64,000 bases of DNA from a bacterium (GTDB lineage: Bacteria; UBP7; UBA6624). The stretch lies in assembly GCA_014384545.1 (NCBI GenBank), contig JACNFQ010000089.1, positions 5,603 to 69,602 of the forward strand, read 5' to 3'. The notes under the pieces are model-generated. The model saw only the letters and a list, made by a program, of their open reading frames with translations, had not been told where the DNA came from and searched no databases. Position 1 is the stretch's first letter. Each line of letters opens with the position of its first letter. The position numbers and the translations under genes were made by a program. Below, piece after piece: positions 28,793-37,840 of this stretch.

Positions 28793-29359
28793 GTGTTCTG
28801 CCCCTTTGCCTCACAACGACCCCTCCCCTTTCACGATGAAAGAGGCTGTCCCCCCCGACTTGTTGTTCTCCATTACACAGCGACCACACGGGCTGACAAA
28901 GCGTTAGAAATCCTCAAGCGTAGGGAGCTCTCAGCCCACTTCTTGTTGGGTTTACAAGGTCATCTATTTCAGATGGTCCCCATCAGTCGGCGAGCCTGGC
29001 ATGCAGGTATCTCTTCTTATAGGGGCGTTTCGGGGGTAAATGCTTACTCGGTGGGTATTGAGTTGGTAAACCCTGGTCCCCTAAAGAGAAAGAATGGGGG
29101 GTGGTTTGCGGGTAATAGGCGCTGGATGGGGCGTGTGGTAAAGAAGGGGCATACTGTCTGGGCTGGGTGGTCCCATAAACAGATTTCCTCCCTCCTTTCT
29201 CTTCTCCAATGGCTCGGAGAGAAGGAGCCTGCACTTAGAGGAAAAGTCGTAGGGCACGAGACAATATCTCCCAAACGGAAGATCGATCCTGGCCCCGCCT
29301 TTCCTTGGGGTTTATTGGCTGATGCTGGGTGGCCCCCAGCAGATAACTGCTCCCGATAA
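28793..29359 (+). CDS. N-acetylmuramoyl-L-alanine amidase, AmpD/PGRP (amidase_2) family
   Basis: VVLHYTA...SAHFLL...RAWHAGIS...NAYSVGIELVN are the amidase_2 Zn-ligand/active-site blocks. Confidence 0.75.
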   Translation: MFCPFASQRPLPFHDERGCPPRLVVLHYTATTRADKALEILKRRELSAHFLLGLQGHLFQMVPISRRAWHAGISSYRGVSGVNAYSVGIELVNPGPLKRKNGGWFAGNRRWMGRVVKKGHTVWAGWSHKQISSLLSLLQWLGEKEPALRGKVVGHETISPKRKIDPGPAFPWGLLADAGWPPADNCSR

Positions 29360-32254
29360 CTAGAGAATCGTCGCGCGGGCTAAGACGGCCCCCATATGTG
29401 CCTCGCTCTCAATAACTCCCGGGAGTTTGATTCTTTGACCAGGTCCCGTAAGAACGATGAGACACGCTCCTTGCCCCATTGCTGAAGGAACCTGCCCCAT
29501 CACTTCGCTACATTCCTTGGAACCTAGCGCTCTCAAGTCCACGATGGCATTTGAAAACCGATGGGTTACTGATTCTCCTAATGTCTTCCTTTGGGCTTTC
29601 CTCAGTTTTGCCAAGTACGATCTTACACCTGTCTCCTCTATCTCAATCCCCGACAACCCCTTGAGGTGAAGAGAGAGCCTTGTCATGGCTACTTGTAGTT
29701 TTCTGTGGTCAACCAATTTCCCCAAGTGCCTAAACCACCCCCTCAAGAAATCATCCACTTCTAGGGACTCCTCTCCTTCTACAATCCGCTTGATTCTCCT
29801 TTGATCAGAGACCAACCAAACCCACGGGAATAGAAACTCCCTGCCCTCTTTTCCTTTGACCGCCAAACCATCATCCGTTACGGCATAATCTGATGTTTCA
29901 AGTGTCGTTAGGAGTGTCTCAAGAACAGAAACAGCTGTCTCGCCAGAACCCGTCGGGAGAATCAGTGTGGGGGCGTCCCAAGAGATAGGTCTTTGAATCA
30001 ACCATTGGGTAAAGACCTCTGTATCCATCCTTGTTGCATCTTCGCGAGAGTAGTATTTCTCGTCCAAGATACGCTGGAAAGTCTTCCAAGTAAACTCTTT
30101 CTTCATCTGCCAAGAAAGTCCTCCCAAAGCACCCCCCATTCCTCCTTCTCCTAAGAGTAATTCAAGCTCTTGAAGATCTTGGGTTACATCTTGGTTGATT
30201 GCAATTTCTGGTTGGAAAGAGCCAAAGGCTTTGCGGAACCCCGAGTAGATTTCGGCCTCAATAAGTCCTTCTTCTCCTTGGGCAAGAATCTCCATCAAGT
30301 CGCAGGGGTCAGCCTCCTCCCACCCCGTGGAGAGGTTCAAGTCAGCGGTCTCAATGGGGCTCCACGAAAGAACCCTTTCAACGACCATTCCCCCCTTTTT
30401 CTTCGTAGCCACGCAGGCGGCGACTGATTTCCCCGTCTCGTTGAAACAACCAATCACATCTCCTTCGTTGACCTCCATCCCCGGGGGCAGTTTGAGCTTG
30501 TCACCTTCGGCAAGAGATGAGGGGGCGGTCCAAAACCATGCCCTCCTCGGTGTCCCCATCACGGGCGCAGAATAGACCGAAAGGCGTCGTCCCAGAGAGG
30601 TCCGTCCCTCGTGGAATCGCCAGCGACCCTCTCGCGCTTCAAAAGCGAATGTACTGACAAGGGCACTTGCCAGAGCTCTTCGACTTACCCGGCGAATGAA
30701 AAGGAATCTATGGAGGAGGTCCTCAAACCCCAACCCTTCTGGATAGGCACCCAAGATCTGTCCCGCCAAGTCTGTTATCTCTTCTGCAGGAGATTCTTGG
30801 AGGCGTTGGAGTTGTTCAATCTCGGCATCCTCAAGTTGGGGAACACGAATGGGGGTCAGCACTTCCAACCTAAATCGAGATACACTACGGTACTCCAGCG
30901 TCAGAACGGAACCCAATGCCGCAGACGCATTTATCCACGCAGCCAATCCATAGAGGACGGAATGGGCAAAATCTGCCAAGACAACGAGGCTCTCCCCTCC
31001 GGGTAACTCCACTTCAAATTCCGCCCAGTTTCCTGGAGGAACCAAAACCGCATTGAGGGCGGTTGCTAACGGGGGGGGAAGAGGGGTGACTTCATCGTTT
31101 AGGAAATCATTTAGAGTGATGATGAGAAGGGGCTCCACCCCAGGAAATCCATCTTCAGCAAAATCTCCGTCTAGCCAATAGAGAACTTCACTTTGGAGGT
31201 TGAGTAATAGATCCATCGTTAGACCTGCGTCTCCTACCAATAAGCCCTCATCCATCCCACGCTTCTTGCCACCACCCACAATTCCCTTGTCCGTAGGAAG
31301 ACCAGATGCCTTTCGCCAATAGGGGTTGTCTTCAGAAAAGCGAACTCTTACCAGCTCTCCCGCTCCTTCCTTGACCGACAGAACATCATCCACATCCCCA
31401 AGGTACGAGGGGCTGGCTTGGTTTCTACTGGGACCAAGAAGGTAAGAAAGGAGATTCTCTCTAGATACACTCTTTGTCGGTTCTTGTGCTTCAAAGAACT
31501 GATCAATCTTCTCGCCTACTTCTTTTCGAAGGCGCTTCTCCCTCTTGCTGATTACAGTAGGTTCCTCTTTCTTTTTTGTCGTCTTCTTTCCCCACCTTCC
31601 ACCCTCCATAGCAAATCGCTTATCAAGTTCGGGCTGGAAGAACGCTTGGAGATCCGTTCGGAGATGAGCCTTTTTCTCTGCTCTCTCAATAATATCTTTC
31701 TTCTTGATCGCACCCGCTTCTTGGACAATCTCCAAAGCGGGAGAGTTGACCAGTCTCCACCCCACTCGTCCCCACAACCTACCTCGACCCTGGACTTTCT
31801 TCGCGGGGATTTCGGTTTCTGTAGCAACGCGAAAACGCTTGTCTGCCAATAACCAGAGTTTCGTTTCTCTTACTTTTTTCCCCATACTCTTAGCCACAAT
31901 TGACCGAATCTTGGACTCAATCAAGAATCCTTGTTTCTCCTCCAAAACCCTCAAGGCTAGCTGGTGCGTGGGGAGATTCTCGGGTAAAAGTTGCCATCCA
32001 CCTTTCACTTTTTCCGCAAAGTTACATTTCTCTAAGAATGGGACGGCTCTCTCTCCCACAAATTGAGCCGGTGAAACACCCGTTCGTTTAGCCAAAGGGG
32101 CAAGAACATCTTCAAGGTCCTTTTCTGGAACGGGGCTAAGAATAACCGCCCCCTCCCTATCCTGAAAATGGGCATCTGGGTCGGGCTGAGTCTGCTCTGC
32201 CAATCGACCAATAATCAACTCACTCATTGAGAGTGCTGCATCTTGTTTAGCCAT
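29360..32254 (-). CDS. large uncharacterised cytoplasmic protein of about 965 aa. The start is assigned to the internal Met preceded by AAGGAGG.
   Basis: A single long ORF with coding-like composition and no TM or signal peptide. The only motif-like element is a degenerate P-loop-like LILPTGSGET. An RBS AAGGAGG lies 5 nt upstream of the ATG at 32254. Confidence 0.6.
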   Translation of the reverse strand: MAKQDAALSMSELIIGRLAEQTQPDPDAHFQDREGAVILSPVPEKDLEDVLAPLAKRTGVSPAQFVGERAVPFLEKCNFAEKVKGGWQLLPENLPTHQLALRVLEEKQGFLIESKIRSIVAKSMGKKVRETKLWLLADKRFRVATETEIPAKKVQGRGRLWGRVGWRLVNSPALEIVQEAGAIKKKDIIERAEKKAHLRTDLQAFFQPELDKRFAMEGGRWGKKTTKKKEEPTVISKREKRLRKEVGEKIDQFFEAQEPTKSVSRENLLSYLLGPSRNQASPSYLGDVDDVLSVKEGAGELVRVRFSEDNPYWRKASGLPTDKGIVGGGKKRGMDEGLLVGDAGLTMDLLLNLQSEVLYWLDGDFAEDGFPGVEPLLIITLNDFLNDEVTPLPPPLATALNAVLVPPGNWAEFEVELPGGESLVVLADFAHSVLYGLAAWINASAALGSVLTLEYRSVSRFRLEVLTPIRVPQLEDAEIEQLQRLQESPAEEITDLAGQILGAYPEGLGFEDLLHRFLFIRRVSRRALASALVSTFAFEAREGRWRFHEGRTSLGRRLSVYSAPVMGTPRRAWFWTAPSSLAEGDKLKLPPGMEVNEGDVIGCFNETGKSVAACVATKKKGGMVVERVLSWSPIETADLNLSTGWEEADPCDLMEILAQGEEGLIEAEIYSGFRKAFGSFQPEIAINQDVTQDLQELELLLGEGGMGGALGGLSWQMKKEFTWKTFQRILDEKYYSREDATRMDTEVFTQWLIQRPISWDAPTLILPTGSGETAVSVLETLLTTLETSDYAVTDDGLAVKGKEGREFLFPWVWLVSDQRRIKRIVEGEESLEVDDFLRGWFRHLGKLVDHRKLQVAMTRLSLHLKGLSGIEIEETGVRSYLAKLRKAQRKTLGESVTHRFSNAIVDLRALGSKECSEVMGQVPSAMGQGACLIVLTGPGQRIKLPGVIESEAHMGAVLARATIL

Positions 32255-33239
32255 TCCAACCTCCTTGGAGGGCTTTTCTTGTAGCCCGTTGAACTCTCTG
32301 ACTTGCCTCAAGGGATGTGGTGGGAATATCCGTTCCCGCCGCGATGATCTTCATCCCTTTGAGCGCCTTGACCTTTGGGGGAAGCCCCGAAACATAGAGA
32401 ACTCTTACCCCGTGTTGAATCGCCCGCTCTGCCAACCACCATGGTCCCTTACCCATCAAGCTCTGTTTGTCAACGATCCCTTCTCCTGTCACAAGCCAAT
32501 CTGTGTCCTCCCATTCATTGTCCAGCCCTATCTCTCGGGCGACAAATGGCGCCCCTTTCCATATCTTTCCGCCCAATACCCCCAATCCGAGGGGGAGTCC
32601 TCCAGCGGCCCCCATTCCCTCGATATCAGAGTGTGGGATCTCTTCTTGCAGGGGCAATAATGCTCTTGCAAGGTTGCCCATTCCGGCTTCCAGCCGGCGG
32701 ACAGCGGACGGGTTAGCACCTTTTTGGGGTCCGTAAACCGTCGCTGCTCCCTTTTCCCCAAGTAAGGGGTTGGCAACATCGGCGATTATATCAAATTGAA
32801 TGCCCCTTAGGGGATTTCCCCGAATGGGTGGAATCACCCGCCCTACTCTTTCCATCATTCCCCCTGATGGCTTGAGGGGTTTTCCATGGGAAGAGAGGAA
32901 CTGATAACCAAGTGCGTGGAGCATCCCCATTCCCCCGTCCACCGTCGCTGTTCCACCAATACAGAGCCAAATACGCTTTACCCCAGCTTCACCAATCGCT
33001 TCCAACAGTTTGCCCACTCCCCCAGAATGGAGCTTGAGGGGGTTTCTTTCCTTGATAGGTACATGGGTCAACCCCACCACAGTCGCAGTCTCGGCAATCC
33101 CGAGAGTTCCCTTTTCCGCTTGGCACCACCTTGCAGATACGGGATGACCCAAGGGGGTTTCGCAGAGAGCCTGCCTCCAAACCGCCTCCTTTGACTGGGC
33201 AAGGGCATCCATCGTTCCCTCTCCACCATCACCGAACAA
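32247..33239 (-). CDS. glycerate kinase (GK-I family). The conserved N-terminus continues upstream to about 33365 with no ATG, GTG or TTG start.
   Basis: DGGEGT, IWLCIGGTATVDGGMGM and the GAAGG-type C-terminal motifs. Manual translation upstream of 33239 gives VPKFLVALDSFKGTLTSKEAGEAA, the canonical kinase N-terminus. Confidence 0.8.
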   Translation of the reverse strand: MFGDGGEGTMDALAQSKEAVWRQALCETPLGHPVSARWCQAEKGTLGIAETATVVGLTHVPIKERNPLKLHSGGVGKLLEAIGEAGVKRIWLCIGGTATVDGGMGMLHALGYQFLSSHGKPLKPSGGMMERVGRVIPPIRGNPLRGIQFDIIADVANPLLGEKGAATVYGPQKGANPSAVRRLEAGMGNLARALLPLQEEIPHSDIEGMGAAGGLPLGLGVLGGKIWKGAPFVAREIGLDNEWEDTDWLVTGEGIVDKQSLMGKGPWWLAERAIQHGVRVLYVSGLPPKVKALKGMKIIAAGTDIPTTSLEASQRVQRATRKALQGGWNG

Positions 33240-33369
33240 GAGGACTTTACCTTTGAAATGGGGGCAAACTGACTGAATCCCTTTCCAAGCTGCTTCTCCT
33301 GCCTCCTTGGAGGTAAGCGTACCCTTGAAACTATCAAGAGCAACAAGGAACTTGGGAACAGTCAGAAGT

Positions 33370-34278
33370 CTAGAAAATCCGGATTATTTCGCCCGTTCGG
33401 GCATCAACGGGGAGGTGTATTCTTCCTCCGGGCTCTACAACGACATTCACATCCCATGCAGGGACAAGCTCTCTATCTTCTCCCCGCTTCCACGCCTCTT
33501 CAAGGGCGGACCAAGTGTAAACAAGACGAATACCCGTTACCTTGACCGTGGCATAGGGTTTCTCACCCAAGAGCTGTGTGTAAACGAACGAAACGACTTC
33601 TTGGGCTGCCGTGACTGCGGGAATCACTTGGGCGGGCTCTCCAAGGATGGAGGGCTCTGCTCCCCAGGACCAGTACATCTCAAAGACGCGGGGGCCCACG
33701 ACCGTGATTTGGATGTGGTCGGGGTGGAGTTGAACTCCATCGTGGCGTCGTCCATATTCAAAGAAATAGCCCAAAGGTAGCCCCAGTGCGTCCCGGCTAG
33801 ATTGCACATCTCCACCCTTGATTTCACCAGAGCGAATCATCGTGGCATCTGGGGGAAGACCCCCCTCAATCCCCCCAAGAAAAAGATCTCTTATCTCTTC
33901 GGCTTCCTTTCGAGTTACAGGTCTAATCACAGCACTTGAGTGGTAGGGATAACGATAGGCAAATCCCCCATGTGGATAGATCTCAACTTCTTGTTCGTAG
34001 GGGTTTCTGTATCGTTGCGAGCCCTGATCAATAACCCTGCTAAAGCCCATATAGGGTACGCGTTCTCTGGTAGATCCTAAGAGAGACTCCAATAGGTTCT
34101 CTTCTTCCACTGTGGAATAGTTGATGCTGAGGTTAGAGAGTGTGGGACGGTCAACAGGTACATGGACCCCAGGAATGACATTCAGCATAATGAAAATGTC
34201 ATCCGTAGAGAGTTCGTTGGTGGCTGACCCCATCGATGCCCCCAGAAAGGCAAACAGTGTTAAGACGTTTCTCTTCAT
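33370..34278 (-). CDS. secreted protein with a C-terminal PepSY-like domain
   Basis: Signal peptide. The C-terminal PAWDVNVVVEPGGRIHLPVDARTGEII matches the PepSY consensus. Confidence 0.45.
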   Translation of the reverse strand: MKRNVLTLFAFLGASMGSATNELSTDDIFIMLNVIPGVHVPVDRPTLSNLSINYSTVEEENLLESLLGSTRERVPYMGFSRVIDQGSQRYRNPYEQEVEIYPHGGFAYRYPYHSSAVIRPVTRKEAEEIRDLFLGGIEGGLPPDATMIRSGEIKGGDVQSSRDALGLPLGYFFEYGRRHDGVQLHPDHIQITVVGPRVFEMYWSWGAEPSILGEPAQVIPAVTAAQEVVSFVYTQLLGEKPYATVKVTGIRLVYTWSALEEAWKRGEDRELVPAWDVNVVVEPGGRIHLPVDARTGEIIRIF

Positions 34279-34485
34279 CTAGGGGAGTTTACCTTATTCA
34301 GCCCCACCATAGCGATAAAGGGAAAGGGAACAATCTGGCGTCCTCCTCCAATCCGTTATTAGGCGGGGGGCTGTGGCTCTCCGTTAGCCCGAGGGTTGTG
34401 GATCTCCGAGCCACCATTTCGGGTGCTCCGGCGCAGAGCCAGACGCAAGCGTCCTTCTCTGGCCCCCGTCCCTCATGTCCACGCC

Positions 34486-34601
34486 CCCGTTGCCCTCCCT
34501 TCGGGGTGAGAGGATTGCGTGCTTCGCACAGGACTCCACCCCTGCGGTCGGTCCCGTGGACGCTACGCGCCCCCGCTGCCCTCCCTTCGGGGTGAGAGGA
34601 T
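34486..34601. repeat. direct repeat (34486-34516 and 34571-34601, period 85 bp) of the tRNA-Pro 3' end (last ~15 nt) plus 16 nt of 3' flank
   Basis: cccgYtgccctcccttcggggtgagaggatt is present twice. This resembles an att-like tRNA 3'-end duplication. Confidence 0.7.
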
Positions 34602-34660
34602 TCGAACCTCCGACCTCCGCATCCCGAATGCGGCGCTCTGACCAGGCTGAGCCACACCCC
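34586..34660 (-). tRNA. tRNA-Pro (anticodon CGG)
   Basis: Manual fold gives a 7-bp acceptor stem (CGGGGTG/CACCCCG), D-arm GCTC/GAGC, anticodon stem CCGCA/TGCGG with loop TTCGGGA, T-arm GGAGG-TTCGAAT-CCTCT, and discriminator A. No encoded CCA. Confidence 0.8.
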
Positions 34661-34870
34661 GTGGCAAGGGGTGATTCTAAAAGTAGCCGCATTCGGGGTG
34701 GAACATCCCGGACCACGGCGTAGCCGGGGTTAGCCACGCACTGCGAAGCAGGGTGTGGCAATCAGGCGCTCTGACCAGGCTCTGCCACACCCCGTGACAA
34801 GGGGTGATTCTAAAAGTAGCCGCATTCGGGGTGGAACATCCCGGACCACGGCGTAGCCGGGGTTAGCCAC
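34631..34870. repeat. two tandem copies (34631-34736 and 34765-34870) of a 106-bp unit. Each covers the 5' ~30 nt of tRNA-Pro plus about 76 bp of its upstream region.
   Basis: Direct sequence comparison shows 3-5 mismatches. The copy-2 tRNA fragment has CTC changed to CAG in the D-arm. The junction (34737-34764) can pair with 34784-34793 as a 10-bp hairpin. Confidence 0.75.
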
Positions 34871-35082
34871 TGTGGATACTCGGGCGACACAATGAGCTCA
34901 ATCTCTTACCGCTTGGACCTTTATCTCCCAAAGAGGTTCTCTTCGTGGCACACGGATAGGGCATAGGATGGGCTTGATGAAAGTAAAACACTTTATGGAA
35001 TCTGGAATCGGTTATCGTGTTCCACCTCTTGATATCTCTATTAATGAGTGGCTAGAAGAGATGGGCTCATCCATTCAAATCG

Positions 35083-36015
35083 TTGAGGTTAAGTACTCAA
35101 CCTCTACCACCACGGCCTCCCAAGAAGACTTCGTTGCCAGTGAAACGGTCGTTGTGGCGGGAGCACTTGTCCTCTACAAAGAAACCTAGTCCCCGCTTTG
35201 TTCAAGAGGGTCCTTCTTTTTGGGAGGGTTTACACCAAGAAGCAAAAGGTTACTTTTCTTCTTTTGGTCGCTCACAATCATTAGGTCAGAACTTCCTCGT
35301 TGACCCCTTTGCCCTCCACGCCATCTCTCTATTGATTGAGGCTCGTCCCTCTCCTTGGACTGTAGAGGTAGGGGCTGGACTGGGGTTTTTAACACGCGGT
35401 CTCTCCCACAGACCTCACCTCACCCTCTTTGAGCTGGATCTCTCTCTATTGTCACGCCTGTCGTCCCACTTTCCAAACGCTTCCCTTTTGGGTGACTTTA
35501 GGGATTGGGACGCATCAAGTGCCCCCCCAAACGGACTCCTCGTGGGAAATATTCCCTACTCTCTTTCGGGTTCCGTTCTCTCTCTGTTGGCTCGGTACCC
35601 ATCACGCTTTATCGGTAGCATTCTTACGCTTCAGCGAGAGGTCGCCCAGCGCGTGGCGGCACCGATACATACGAAGCGCCGAGGTCTTTTATCTGGTCCT
35701 CTCCAAGCGATCTACAACGTGGAAGTCGCCCGACGACTGCCCCCTGGTGTGTTTGCACCACCTCCTCGTGTTCACTCCGCTGTTTTGGTTCTAGATAGGA
35801 ACGAAATCTTTCCAGATGACAAATGGGCCCATAATCACCTTGCTCTGATGAAACTCGCTTTCTCACAGCGGCGGAAAAAGGTGGCAAACCTCTTGTCTCA
35901 TGTGCTTCCGGAAAAGTGCCTCAACGAGATTCCTGATGGAGCGCGTGCCGAAGATCTTCCCACATCCCTGTCCCTCCACCTCTCCTCTTTTTTTCAGCCC
36001 AAGAAAACGTCTTAG
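35083..36015 (+). CDS. ksgA: 16S rRNA (adenine1518/1519-N6)-dimethyltransferase. The N-terminal extent is uncertain.
   Basis: SLGQNFLVD, VEVGAGLGFLT and LVGNIPY motifs of KsgA/RsmA. Confidence 0.85.
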   Translation: MRLSTQPLPPRPPKKTSLPVKRSLWREHLSSTKKPSPRFVQEGPSFWEGLHQEAKGYFSSFGRSQSLGQNFLVDPFALHAISLLIEARPSPWTVEVGAGLGFLTRGLSHRPHLTLFELDLSLLSRLSSHFPNASLLGDFRDWDASSAPPNGLLVGNIPYSLSGSVLSLLARYPSRFIGSILTLQREVAQRVAAPIHTKRRGLLSGPLQAIYNVEVARRLPPGVFAPPPRVHSAVLVLDRNEIFPDDKWAHNHLALMKLAFSQRRKKVANLLSHVLPEKCLNEIPDGARAEDLPTSLSLHLSSFFQPKKTS

Positions 36016-36824
36016 TCGTTTAGCCCTAAAGCATCCTCTGAAAGGTCTCGCAAAGTCGCCAAATCAAAAACGGGGCCTCTGGTCCAAATGTTGACACCAG
36101 CCAAGAGGTCTTGGTTGCTCCACCCCAAACCCGTGGTCCAGTTCCTGTTGACGAGGAAATAGATATCCTTGTCGCGAAGTCTTGACTTTTCTAAGATGCC
36201 CATTAGAACCTTTTGGAAGGGCCTCGTTCCTCCAACGGCTGCTCCTACCATGCCCTGGAGAATCTTCTTCTTCATAATCTGATCTCTGAGAAAGGTCTCC
36301 CAAGGTTGATTCCCCCTGTCTTTACTCGCAATCAGGTGGACTTGGATGGGAGAACTTTCCTCTGAAGCTTTCTCCAGCGCTTTCGCCAAGACCGGGTTCT
36401 CCTTATCCGTTGTCAGATGAGTGATAACGACCTCTTTTCCCTGTGCCAATAGAGCATTTACCAGCCCGCGTTGGGCGGCTAGCCCCATATCCATGGAGAA
36501 GAGCCCTATCTTTCCCTCGGGCCATCCCTCTGTCGGAAGACCATTCCCATACGGTCCCCTTAGCCCTAAAGCCTGTCCCTCAGAAAGAAGGAATAGGCGA
36601 TGTGTAACGCTATCCACGTCTTGGAGAGAAACCCCAAAACAGTCTTTGCTAACCTCCGAAACGACCCCTGTCGTTTCCCCCCGCCCAAAAACTGATATCT
36701 TGAAACCTTGTCCGGGAGTGATTGGTGAAAACCCCTCTCTTGAAAAGAAGAGGGTCAGCACACCTCCCCCTTCCTCTTGTATCGACTCAATCGAATGGAT
36801 GTGAGGAATAAGGGGATCTGTCAT
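36012..36824 (-). CDS. AsrB/PyrK/sulfhydrogenase-gamma-like FAD/NAD(P) oxidoreductase-fold protein lacking the C-terminal [2Fe-2S] cysteines and with a degenerate NAD-binding motif
   Basis: FNR-like beta-barrel plus Rossmann pattern (RLFLLSEGQALGLRGPYG). No Cys cluster at the C-terminus. Its start overlaps the stop of the upstream gene. Confidence 0.5.
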   Translation of the reverse strand: MTDPLIPHIHSIESIQEEGGGVLTLFFSREGFSPITPGQGFKISVFGRGETTGVVSEVSKDCFGVSLQDVDSVTHRLFLLSEGQALGLRGPYGNGLPTEGWPEGKIGLFSMDMGLAAQRGLVNALLAQGKEVVITHLTTDKENPVLAKALEKASEESSPIQVHLIASKDRGNQPWETFLRDQIMKKKILQGMVGAAVGGTRPFQKVLMGILEKSRLRDKDIYFLVNRNWTTGLGWSNQDLLAGVNIWTRGPVFDLATLRDLSEDALGLND

Positions 36825-37840
36825 CCGAAATCTACACCTTGAATGATCTTCCTGACATCATGTTTTGTGGGCATCGCCGCCACACATCTATGTGCACCTG
36901 AACAACCCAGAAATCCATGTCTCTTGGGGAAGTAAAGGAACATCTCCAGAAGCCAGTCTCTTATCCTCTCCTTCATCCCGGGTCGATAGTCGTCCCCATC
37001 GGGTAGTCGAGAGTATCCTGGGGCATGAGGGTGCGTCCAAACTCTGTACCGTGTTCCTTGGTGACCTTTGGGGACATCTATAAATCGAAATTGGGTTCCC
37101 GAGTAGAAATACCGACTGATCGCTGCACTGGGAATCATCCCCAAGTAGACCTCGTCCCAGTAAGGTAATGCCAAAATCTCGGCATCCGAAAACTCTTCCC
37201 ACCGCTCCAGTTCTAGAGATTGATCGGTAGATCCCCGTACCCCCGCCTTTGCTTTTCGGGCATCTTCGCGATGGTCGGATTCTGCGGGATTGAACTGGTC
37301 AGTAATCAAGGCCATCCCCCGCTCGGTCAATACTTGGACATAGTAGGTTCTACCTAAATCGGTAAGGAGCATATCTACCCCCTCTTCAGGGAAAAGATCC
37401 ACCCCGACCGACTCAGCAAAGCAACACGGTGGCGGGTTGTGGTAACCCACACAGATTATGGCACTATTCTCTCTCCTAGCCTTGTACCGTTCATCGGTCA
37501 CATCCCCCATCCAATACGCATCCATAATCTCCAACCCTCTTACATCGGGTGGTCGCATGCCAAAAATAACCCTAGGAGTCGTGTCGGGCGGTTTGGGTGT
37601 AATCTCGACTTTGTCTGGAAGAATATCATAGGAGAAGATCTCTTCGCGAGGAGGAAAGAAAATCGCCTTAGGAGATTCCTTCGTATTCGTATACTCGGTA
37701 ATCACTTCTTCGCCCAGAGGGTTCCGGGTAAAGTGCAAGCTACCCTCCTTACCCGTGGGTGCCCAAACCTCTTGGCTCAATCTAAGATCGTCCAACCAGT
37801 AGCGAAGTTTCGCTTTCGCAAAGATGAAATCCGCAATCAC
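36821..37840 (-). CDS. AsrA/HydB(FlxB)-like protein with degenerate [4Fe-4S] motifs
   Basis: Alignable to AsrA blocks ([24 protein letters not shown] vs [32 protein letters not shown] vs FENCFCVSMG). The terminal CxxCxxCxxxCP is replaced by [12 protein letters not shown]. Confidence 0.5.
   Translation of the reverse strand: [339 protein letters not shown]

Noticed and set aside
29990-30060. The LILPTGSGET motif in the 965-aa protein as evidence for a helicase
   Set aside because: The Walker Lys is replaced by Glu. No motif Ia/II (DExx) or helicase C-domain signatures follow. It is treated only as a hint.
34298-34761. ORFs called across the tRNA-Pro region (34298-34657, 34384-34761, 34475-34723)
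   Set aside because: They overlap a structurally valid tRNA and repeat DNA. Their composition is non-coding-like.
34631-34870. A possible CRISPR array, given the direct repeats
   Set aside because: There are only two copies of a 106-bp unit plus one 31-nt pair. There are no short regular repeat-spacer units and no cas genes.
34279-34900. An integrated prophage or genomic island at tRNA-Pro
   Set aside because: No integrase, recombinase or phage gene is present. The att-like repeats are only 85-134 bp apart, so at most a scar remains.
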